Assembly: GCA_900617105.1 (NCBI GenBank)
Contig: UYFQ01000783.1
Location: forward strand, 1 to 40,529
DNA: 40,529 bases
Direction: 5' to 3'
DNA from: Hydrurus foetidus
Taxonomy: Eukaryota
Shown: in pieces, positions 1-11,000 of the stretch
Layout of the letters: the number at the start of each line of letters is the position of its first letter
Numbering within the stretch: position 1 is the stretch's first letter
The notes under the pieces: generated by a model
The model's database searches: none
Told to the model about the DNA's origin: nothing
The model's input: the letters and a program-made list of their open reading frames with translations, nothing else
Program-made: the position numbers and the translations under genes

Positions 1-187
1 CTCTAAATTTGGCTTTCACGCCATAGAACTTTTCAGTTCAAGAGTTGGGTAGAATTGCTTCATTCGTTGTTACTGACGTTACAGTACCCGTTTGTGAACG
101 AGGCGAAGCTCTTGAAAAATTTTTCTGAGCAGGGGTTATCGATCTCCATTGACTTTCAGTGAGATTTACATCGATAAGTGATTAGAC

Positions 188-3100
188 ATGTCATCACCAC
201 CTAACCCAAACCCTGATCCGAATCCGGACGAGGAGGAGATTGCACGTCTGGCAGCTTTAGCCGCGCTCAACGAGTCGACTATCTCAATGTCGAACTCGCT
301 GTTCCCAGCTTTCCCCTCGACGATGCAACTCCAGGGTGAGGTGTTCGTCCTCAGGCATAACTTCATTGATGAAGCTGATGCGACTGAGTTCTACGAACAG
401 GCTCAGAGGTACCCGTTGATGAAGCTGACCGATTGCATGCAGAAGCAGGCAATCGAGTTACTTAATTTCAGGATCATGATCGATCCTGAATTTAACATCA
501 TCGATAGACGACAACGCCATGATTGGCAGACTAAATTGTCGGTACTTCAGGTAGCCAAACTGATAATAAAGTACTTCTCTCCAAATGGTTTGGGAGAATG
601 TACTCTGGCAGAGAGCTTTAGCCAAGTTCCTTCCATTATCAGATCGCTAACCACGATCATGAGAATGCCACATTCGTACGTTACAACGAACTTGTGAGCA
701 CTTATGAGAGGTCTAAGGGACCATTATCTGAGACTCAGCATGCTGAGCTCATATTGATATTGGAGAAGCGCCTAGCCAAGGGTAGTCAAATCCAACAGGA
801 TTACCTGAAAGCGAAAGCTGCTGACAATACCCCACCTCATACGTGGTATTCGACTATGCTACGCATTGGTCAGGTTCTTGCCGAGGCTAGGGCAATGATG
901 AACCTCATCAAAAGCTATGGCAACCCGGACACGGTGTACTCGTTTCCTGCATCAGCAGTTCCACCAGACGTTGGTAAGAAGGAGACGAGTAGAGCGAGTG
1001 CTAAAGCACCCTCACCTACACCCTCCGCTTCGTCGAGATCAGTCACTGCTACTGTGCGTACCCCTAGCTCGTACGTTCCGACGCAGCACGGACTCTCTGT
1101 CCGTGCTTCCACGGAAGTACCGCTCGTACCGATGTTTCGTCCGTGCCGGTCGTGCGGAGCTACGTCGCACAATTTGGCAGACTGCCCCATCCTGTACTAC
1201 TCCGACTCCAACACGAATCACCAAGTTGAGTGGGAGAGTTCTACAGTGGGGATGGCTTGGGCCGCGGTGGGGTACTCTGAATGGCAACTCAACCTCGTCC
1301 TTCCGGGATACGAGGAACGAGTTCAGTTCTACCCCAGAGGTTCTAAAGTCTACTTGATGTGTAACGAGAACAAGCGCGCCAAGAACAGCCATGGTTTCTG
1401 GGAACCAATCCAACACCTCGGATGGTTCAGATCGTTCCAACCAGGGTCAAGGAGGAAACTCCCAGAACCAATCTGGTTATGGTAACCAGGGTAACCAGGG
1501 GGGTGGTAGAGGTAAGCAAAGGGGCCATCAAAACCCCAATGCGAACCAATACCAGGGCCGTGGGTCCGGCGGTAAGGGTAAATACAACCCCCGCAGGGAC
1601 ACAACCCTCCTCCCAACACTCAGCCGGGACAACACCAGGGTAAGAACCTTGCCCATGACTGTGTGGCTGCCACATTCGATGATGATGTCTTTAATCTGAC
1701 TGATGATCATCTCGAAGTGCAGCCACTTGTACCTATTCGTGAAGAATTTTTACATACCCCTTCCATCCTCGCTTCTCACCACCTTAACGTTACGGTTATT
1801 GTGCAGGATAAGGACAGGACAGGCCCAGCTAGCGAGCTGCGCGCCGCGGGGAAGGCCGTAATGGATACGGCCAATTATTCAGACAATTTTATTTCATATG
1901 ACATGATTGAAAAATTAAATGCTACTCACTTATGTTATCCTGCTCTTAAAGCCATAACTGTTTGCAGCGGTCTCGATGGCCAATGCTATCTAAATAACGA
2001 AATTTGCGATTTAAAAATCCTTTTTCATTCTTACGATGGTGAATGCCATAGCATCAGCCTACCCATGAGGGTCAATCGGAAAACCGACATCGACATTTTA
2101 TTTAGCCGTGAAACGGTAAATAAGTATGATTTTTGGACGTTAACTCCGTTTGCATTCGGCATTTCTCCTGAGCTAAGTGCTGAGAATAAGAGAAAGAGCG
2201 ATGCTCGCAGACGCGAATTCGAAAGAAAAGAAGCTTTGGATAAACTCGATCCGTTGTTTCAACACAAATATACGCGTCGTATGATAGCGTTGGGTACCGA
2301 ACCTGATACAGCCGTAGTCGAGTCTTTAACACCTCACTACGACAAGCTGAAATATCCAGGCGGTAAACCACCCTCTAAAAAGAGAGAAACACACGGATCT
2401 TCCGAGTATCCAAACAAGAAGAGCATATTGCATGGTCAATCTTCTTCGAAGAGCAACGTCTCTTGTGTCCATACAATGTCGACATGTAACGATACTCAGA
2501 TGGAGATCGAGGGAGTAGCTACCCAAGATCCCTGTGGTGTTGTAGGTTGTGAGCGACTGAATAGTGTCACTACTATTCTCGCAAAACGTACGGGTGATAC
2601 ACCGCACCTAGGTGGCGACCAGATTCCCACCCCTACAAACACTTCTGAGGACTCTGATACCTTAGACTATGTCACTGAGCCTTTATGGCCCAGTGGTGTC
2701 GCACTCTCAGTTGACGAGATTGACGATGGCAAGATAGATACGTTTGCCCCCTTCTTGGCGGAGAAACCTAGTCAAGAGAAACCTAGTCAAGATGACTTGC
2801 CCAAAGGGCCAGAGGATTTCCTCAAAGAGATTACCTTTGAAGGAGATGAAAGCTTTCAAAGGAAGCTCCGAGAGCTCTGTTCTGAATATTCAGACATCTT
2901 CAGTGATCAATTAGCTGAGAAACCAGCGTCACTTAAACCCTTTGAGATTAACATCCCACTTGAGTTGTGGGAAAAAGACGAAAACCGTACGCCGGTACGT
3001 CCCCAGTCATCAACGAAAGAGGTTGCTCTCAAAGAAAACCTTGACGAGATGCTTGCATCAGGGGTTATAGAGCGATCAGATGCCGCTTATTACAGTCATC

Positions 3101-5640
3101 CTGTAATAGTAACTAAGTCACCCGGTAAATTTCGAACCTGCATCGATTACCGGCCACTTAATAGGTGTCTTAAGCCGGCCTCATTCCCGTTACCAAATAT
3201 CAAACACCTCTTTGAGAGGATCGGTAATAAAAAACCGGATATTTTTGGTGTGATGGATTTAACCGCTGGTTACCATCAAGCACCGTTACACCCCGCACAC
3301 CGCATTTTTACGGCATTCATATGCTTTGCGGGGTTTTTCAGTTTACGAGACTACCCTTTGGTTCGTGTCGTGCCCCCTCTTACTTTCAAGAGCAGATGGT
3401 AACGGCGGTCCTCTATGGCCTTATCTATCATTGTTGCGAGATGTATCTCGACGATTGTATAGTATATGGCAAGGGTGAAGCAGAGTTTCTTAAGAACTTG
3501 AAAAAAGTTTTTGCAAGATTTAGACTTAAGGGTCTAAGACTCAAAGCTAAAAAATGCCGTTTCGGCCTTCCACGTATTGAATACGTTGGCAGAGTCGTTG
3601 ACAAAGATGGTTTATCCATGTCAAAAGAGAAGATAGAAACAGTTTTAAACTTTTCTATACCTAAAAATTTAACCTTACTCAGGTCATTTTTAGGATTAGC
3701 GAACTATTTTCGACAGTTTGTACCAATTCATTCCACTTTGGTTAAGCCAATGCAGGATATGATTGATCACTCTGCTCCGAGACGTTCTGCTGTAGTTTGG
3801 ACTCAAAAGAGCACCAACTCATTTGTTGACACAAAGATTGCTATATCTCGTTGTCCATTAATGTACTTCATTGATGACAATAAGTTAGACATCCGCTTGT
3901 ATACAGACGCATCCGACTTTGGTATCGGTGGAGTCTTATTCCAAGTTGTTGGTGCCATTTGGCAACCAATTGCTTTCATTAGCAAATCGTTGACACCCAC
4001 ACAAATAAGGTGGTCTACGATACAAAAGAGGCTTATGCCATCTTCTTTTGTTGTACACAACTCGATTATCTAATCAGAGATCGTACGTTCACTATCCATA
4101 CGGATCATTTGAACATAACATATATGAAACAAAATCCTACCTCAATGGTGGCGAGATGGTTCATTGCTATGCAAGAACTAGATTTTACCGTGGTATTCGT
4201 ACCCGGTACTTCGAATGTTTTGGCAGACGCACTGTCAAGGCTTTGTCCTAATCTGACAGAAATTGCTCTGCCATTACGAACAGAAGAATTGGAATTACTT
4301 CCTACTTCATCATCTTCTTTCACTGTATCAGCTCTGACGGTCATAGAACCAGCTTCAGACGATCAGTTAGAATACATTCAAATGTGCCACAATGCAATTG
4401 TCGGTCACAACGGCGTAGACCGTACCCTTACTCGGTTGTTTAGTTTACAACAAGTATGGAAACACATGAAACAACATGTACGTACGTTCATACAGAACTG
4501 TCCGTGTTGTCAAAAGTTGAGTGCAAAAGATCCTAAGATCAATGCGTCTCACTTTGCAACTTCAAATTATGCTATCTTCGATACGCTAAATGTTGACTAT
4601 ATTGGTCCATTTCCTGACAAAGGTTATATCCTAGTCATCATCGATACATTCACACGATGGACAGAATTGTTCTGGTGTGCAGACGCAGATGCTAAATCAG
4701 CAGCTGACTGTTTGCTTGCGCATTTTGGTCGATTTGGTTCACCAAATATGATTAGATCTGATCGAGGATCACATTTCGCAAATGAATTGATCAAAGATTT
4801 CTTAGATCTTTGTGGGACACCACATAATCTCACCCTTGCTTACTCGAAACAAGAGAATGCAATTGTTGAAAGAGTCAACAAAGAGGTGAATAGACACTTA
4901 AGAGGTTTAGTTTTTGATAAACAAACCCTTGAGGGATATGCTAAGTCAATCCCATTCGTGCAACGTATCATTAACGGTTCAGTTAATAGACGCACAGGTG
5001 TCTGCCCCGCTCATTTATTGTTCGGGAACAAACTTGATTTGAATCGTGGTATTCTCACTCCACACTTAAGTGTTGGAACACATTCAAGATCAACGTACAT
5101 ATCAGATTTGATAAGTGTACAAGACAAAGTACTTGAAACTGCGGTTCAAACTTTGTTAAAAGCGGATGCTAAAAATGCCGCGTCAGCTGAATCAGCGACT
5201 GTGTTCCCCGTGGGGTCATATGTCTTATGCCGATACACTGATCGACCTCCAACTCGATTACATACTAAGTGGCATGGCCCTTACTGTATTGTCTCCTTTA
5301 AGGGGTCCGAGTATGTTATCGCTAACTTGTTAACCACAAGACACGAAGTGTTCATGTCAAAAATTTGAAAATATTCAATTATGACCCAGAGGTAGATATA
5401 CCTGCTGACACTGCTCGTCGCGATTACATGGAGTTCGTGGTTGAGAAAGTTCTGGGTCACGCTGGTGACACCAAGAAACCGACTACAATGTCGTTCCATG
5501 TTAAATGGCTCAACTACGATGACTCTCATAATACATGGGAGCCGTGGAAATCACTACGGCTCTGTGAAGCACTCCATGATTATTTACGGGATAATAAAAT
5601 GAAACATTTCATTCCCAGAAACATTGAGACATCAGCCTAA
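188..5640 (+). CDS. Gag-Pol polyprotein (~1818 aa if six single-base homopolymer indels are corrected)
   Basis: Zn knuckle CRSCGATSHNLADC (~1144-1185); PR-like VMDTANY (DTA at 1864-1872); RT motifs DLTAGYHQ, RLPFG and YLDD (3444-3455); RNase H LYTDASDFGIGGVL and DALSR; integrase HHCC (HNAIVGH..CPCC), DYIGP, SDRGSHF, ERVNKE, GPY; chromodomain at the C-terminus. ORF pieces 188, 694, 1391, 1663, 3321, 4010 and 5365 join by -1,+1,-1,-1,-1,-1. Confidence 0.88.
5428..5625 (+). other. Chromodomain at the integrase C-terminus
   Basis: EFVVEKVLGH...FHVKWLNYDDSHNTWEPWKSL matches the chromodomain pattern (VEKV, VKWxxY, NTWEP). Confidence 0.9.
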
Positions 5641-5965
5641 GTTGCTGATCTCGAACGTATTATCTTTTGAAGATTTTTCCTAATTTTTCCCTCTATGAGG
5701 TTTTTATGGTTTTAGTCAGTAAAAATCTGACATAATTACGTATCGAGGTCTCGTGCGCAAGTACATGGTACTAGGCACCCACCTTATCGCCTTGACCGAC
5801 CCACCACCAAGTCTATTTGTATAGATTTTTATTTTTTTATACATTTCAATGTATTATTAGATTTACATATTTGTAATCTTTTTCTTTATTATTCCTTTAG
5901 TTAGTTTTAGTTGTATTAGACTTTTGTACAAAACGTGGTGGTCGCGTCATAGGTTCTTTTTCTTC

Positions 5966-5985
5966 AGAAAAAAGATAAGTGGGGG
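5966..5985 (+). promoter_or_regulatory. Polypurine tract of Gypsy copy 1
   Basis: agaaaaaagataagtggggg lies 3 nt before the LTR-start TG. The same gataagtggggg precedes the LTR of copy 2. Confidence 0.85.
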
Positions 5986-5988
5986 TGA

Positions 5989-6196
5989 TGTGGTCGGACC
6001 GGCTATACCGGGCCTACGGGCCGTACCGGACCTTGTCCCGATCCATCCGATCCTACCGCCTACTGTACACATACATCTCTAGCGCAGCTGCTAGCTAGCT
6101 CTAGCCTACTCGTAGAAGTTATCCTAGCTTCTAGCTCTTAGCCTTGTAACTAACTAACACCTTTCCTCTATCGACCTATTTCCTATCTGGACTATA
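5989..6196 (+). repeat. 3' LTR of Gypsy copy 1 (208 bp)
   Basis: Starts TGTGGTC. Aligns with the copy-2 LTR (24263-24455, minus strand) up to ggacta(c/t)a. The terminal CA reads TA in this copy. Confidence 0.85.
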
Positions 6197-8042
6197 TAAG
6201 TGAACGTTTGATAAAAGCGTAACTTTTGAAATAATTATCGGATTGAGAAGATCAATAGCTCAGCGAGATCGGACGAATATTCCTGATTTTTTTAAGTAGT
6301 TAAAATTTTCAAAATCCGTAAATTCGTAAAATTCGTAGTGACTCTGAAAATCACGGAAACGGTTTACACTGAAATATTCTCGAAAACGGAAAAATATTCT
6401 TAAGTCGATGTAAATTCAAAAATATATAGAAATATTCTATAACAATCGTCAGCCGAGTATTGCGTAACGTTAAAGAGATCGTAGCCAAAATGAAGGAACA
6501 AGGGAAAGCCTTGTGGTACTGCCGTTTTGCAGTTCCGTCAATATGGCTCCAATTGAGTATTTGAATACCTGAATATGACCGTAACAGTCACACAAATCGA
6601 TTGGATGGGTTGTCAAATTTCGATAAACTCACTGAGATATGAATTTATGAAAAATTGACAAGAAGTCCTGTATAAGCCCTGGGTGAATACTGTATACCCG
6701 GGGCTATAAACGACAATCCAAAAAGTGAACGTTTGAAACTTCCGCCGGTAGTGAAATTCTACTCGACGAGAAGACCTTCGATCCCAGATGTCGATGAGGA
6801 CAATAAACCAGGAGCTGAGCTTCTGGGGAAGAGAGGCCAGTGACCCGAAATAGATGGGTCACTTGTCGGTTCGCAAAACGGTCCAGAAACGAGAAATATC
6901 GTTCTGGAGCGCCGCTTTTCGAAAAATTTCGCCAAAGGAGCGATCCCCGAGCAAAATAGACGAGACGAAGAAGGCCAAGGATAGTCACCTAGACTAATTC
7001 GATGCCTCTGAGGACGATTCTGAAGCTTTAAAACCACTAAAACGCCTTCTAAACTGTAAAATAAGAAAATTTTCACTAAAAACGCGAAAAATCCTTAATT
7101 TGTCAGAGTCAAAGACTCAGAAAAAAGCTACCGCTGCACAATGCAAGTCTGATCTATTGGGGATCGGAGAGACTGGACAGAAGAGCAAAATTTTCGACGA
7201 AAATTTTTGCGGAAGAAACGTCTCGTACGTCGTGTCTGTGTGGTGGTCGCTACTCCACCGGTCCAGGTTCCTTTAACCCAGGAACATCAAAATGATGAAA
7301 TTGCACCATGTTTGACTGTGCGGGACAGATCGAATTTGTCGACTGTCTCCATGAACGATGTAAGCGATGTTGCATCGTTAATTACCTTAATACTCACACT
7401 AGCAGAGCTTTCGCCTTGAGCCCGGGATAGCTGCTAGCGCACGTGTTGAACTTGCAGAAAGAGCGCGTACCCAGGAAGGATATAGTTGTCCATTCAGTGG
7501 AAATTGAATCCTTAGTTACGACACAGAGAACCTATCCTGCCTTGGCAGGCATCCAATAATAGATCCACGATTATGACGACAACCGGACATGAGACTACCA
7601 GCCACTACGTTATCCTCTAAAACGTTGGCCTGGTTGTTCGCTCCCGAGGTGGAACCACCATAACGGTTTATCCGGTTTATCCCCCAATTTTTCCAATTTT
7701 TTGCGTATGCCACCAGGTATGGGCAGACGCAGTTAAAATTTTTATCTGTAGTACGAGTATGGAGTACGATACCAAGTTGAAGGTTGAAGTAAAATAATCC
7801 AACCCGAAAATTTCAAAAATATATATTACACAGTAACAGCGCCGACGATGTGAAGTAATTGATAATTGACGAGTGTTGAGGATGATGAATTGATATCACT
7901 CAAATGCAGTAGGATCTGACTCGCCTTCACTATTCAACTCTGAACCAACATTCCAGCGGCATCGCAAAGCGTCGCAACTTGCGTAGTGGAAGGCATCCAA
8001 TAAGCGTATTGGTGCCCACGCCAATCAGAGGTCGTTTTCGAT

Positions 8043-11000
8043 ATGAGGATGAAGGGAATCGCATACCTTGCAGCGTCAGTCGGTAAACATTTTTTTACTA
8101 GGCGTGTTCTACTTGCGAACTAAAATTGCATGTCTACATCATCTTTTCTGACTTGTGGCACATATTCTTAGCGGCAATTTTCTGTCTTGCGGGAGCCGAA
8201 GATGTAACATCGCAAACCAGCAATTTAGCGACAAACTCACTTCATGGCGATAGGACTGAAGCTGCGGTTGTCTCGAAAGCCGAATACGTTGGTGAGCATG
8301 ATCGATACAATATCAGCGCAAACCATCATTTATTCCTTTCCTTGAACATTGATATTACGATAGAGATCGAGGGTACCATCACTTGCCCTCCTGGATTCTA
8401 TCCAAGAGGCCGAAGTGAGTGTGTTGAATGCCCCTGCGGCCAGTGGTCATCAGGTGGTTCAAAATCATGCAAATCATGTCCCGCCGGGCAAATGACAAAT
8501 GATCACCTGTCTTGTACTGATTGCCCCGCTGGGGAATACTCGAAGAAATCGTCAAATGAATGCAAAAAGTGTGGCGAAGGAAAAATTTCTAAATCAGGAG
8601 CAAGCACCTGCACAGCATGTGTAGCGGGCCATTACGCTGACCACATTCTTAACGAATGCGTTCCTTGCGCTGCTGGTACCGCCTCGAAATCAAAATCTGA
8701 CGTCTGCAAGCCCTGTTCTGTTGGGCAATACTCTCCTTCTGAATCCGACCGCTGCGTCAATTGTCTTCCATCATACTATTCGTCCGATCCCGCGCAACCC
8801 TGTATGAAGTGTCCGAGCGATCAATACTCTACAGCCAAGGCATCGAAATGTTTGTCATGCAGTGCGGGATCGACAGTCAACTCTTCTCAAACTGGTTGCA
8901 AGCGAGTCCGGGAGCCGACACCAGCACCAACATCCGCACCAACGTTAACATGCGGACCCGGGACATATCCTGAGTGCGGCCCGAACCCATCGATCTGCGT
9001 GCCGTGTCCATCTGGCTTGGCGTCACCAGGCGGTCTTCAAGTGTGCGTTGCATGTGCTGTCGATGAGAGACCTACGGAAGACCAGAGCATGTGCGAGAAG
9101 TCGTCTACGCCTCTCACATGCAAGCCAATGTACTACGGTGTGAAGTACGGCGACTCTAGTACGGGCTTCTTCTACAGGTACCCGTGTGTGAGATGCCCGC
9201 CCGGCTCTTTCTCTCCTCATCCTAGGGGATATCCTGAATGTGCCACTTCATGCGAGGATGAGCTATCCCACATTAACTTCGAGGGAACAGCGTGTGTAAG
9301 GACATCGCCACCGACACCGGAGCCAACACCGCAACCCACATTACCTACAGGGCCAGTGGTGCCTTTCTATTGCGGACCCGGCAAATATCCCAACATAGGC
9401 ACAGGCACTTGCTTGGAATGCCCTTTCGGACTGCAGTCACCCGGCGGTCTCGCGGAGTGCACAGATTGTCCAGCGATGCACAGAGCCAATGAAGCTCGCA
9501 CCGGGTGTGAGGACTCTGGGCCGCTGAAATGCAAGGCTGGATACTTCGGTCAAGGTCCCGCTGGGCGTTGGAACTATCCGTGCGAGAAGTGTCCCGCAGG
9601 CACGTACCGCTCTGCCGAGGACACGGACACTGAGAAATGTGATGAATGTCCTATGGGTGCCACAGTGAATGCGGACCAGTCAGGGTGCATCAACCAGACA
9701 CCAGCGCCGACAGACGCACCAACACCGGAGCCAACGTACGAACCTACACGAGCACCAGCTGGTTGTCCTGCCATGTACAGACGCACTGAAGATGGGACCG
9801 GGTGTGAGGAGTACGGACCGCTGACATGCAAGCCTGGATACTACGGTCCAAATGGGCCTGGCAGATGGCAGTATCCATGCGTGAAGTGTCCAGCAGGCTC
9901 GTACCGCTCTACCGAGGGCAGGGACACTGACACATGCAATGGATGTCCTATGGGCGCCACGGTGAATGCGGACCAGACAGGGTGCATCTACGAGACACCA
10001 GCACCGACAGACGCACCAACACCAGAGCCAACACCGGAGCCCACATGGGAACCAACGCACGAACCAACACGAGAACAAACTGGTTGTCCTGCCATGTACA
10101 GACGCACTGAAGACGGGACAGGTTGCGAGCCGTACGGACCGCTGAAATGCAAGGCTGGATACTTCGGTCAAGGTCCCGCTGGGCGTTGGAACTATCCGTG
10201 CGAGAAGTGTCCCGCAGGCACGTACCGCTCTGCCGAGGACACGGACACTGAGAAATGTGATGAATGTCCTATGGGTGCCACAGTGAATGCGGACCAGTCA
10301 GGGTGCAACTACCAGACACCAGCGCCGACAGACACACCAACACCGAAGCCAACGTACGAACCTACACGAGCACCAGCTGGTTGTCCTGCCATGTACAGAC
10401 GCACTGAAGATGGGACCGGGTGTGAGGAGTACGGACCGCTGACATGCAAGCCTGGATACTACGGTCCAAATGGGCCTGGCAGATGGCAGTATCCATGCGT
10501 GAAGTGTCCAGCAGGCTCGTACCGCTCTACCGAGGGCAGGGACACTGACACATGCAATGGATGTCCTATGGGCGCCACGGTGAATGCGGACCAGACAGGG
10601 TGCATCTACGAGACACCAGCACCGACAGACGCACCAACACCAGAGCCAACACCGGAGCCCACATGGGAACCAACGCACGAACCAACACGAGAACCAACTG
10701 GTTGTCCTGCCATGTACAGACGCACTGAAGACGGGACAGGTTGCGAGCCGTACGGACCGCTGAAATGCAAGGCTGGATACTTCGGTCAAGGTCCCGCTGG
10801 GCGTTGGAACTATCCGTGCGAGAAGTGTCCCGCAGGCACGTACCGCTCTGCCGAGGACACGGACACTGAGAAATGTGATGAATGTCCTATGGGTGCCACA
10901 GTGAATGCGGACCAGTCAGGGTGCAACTACCAGACACCAGCGCCGACAGACACACCAACACCGGAGCCAACGTACGAACCTACACGAGCACCAGCTGGTT

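Larger units (their letters stand above)
1..6196 (+). mobile_element. Ty3/Gypsy chromovirus-type LTR retrotransposon, copy 1 (5' LTR lies upstream of the window)
   Basis: Domain order gag(CCHC)-PR-RT-RNaseH-IN-chromodomain, then 3'UTR, PPT and a TG-starting LTR. Homologous to the copies at 24263-34223 and 39394-end. Confidence 0.95.

Noticed and set aside
1588..1592. Programmed gag-pol frameshift in Gypsy copy 1
   Set aside because: Copy 2 reads through the same junction in one frame, and the shift is a one-base loss in a C run like the other five.
7702..7752. Helitron 3' end (hairpin plus terminal motif)
   Set aside because: A hairpin is present but no CTRR terminus follows at the expected distance, and no Rep/helicase sequence is seen.
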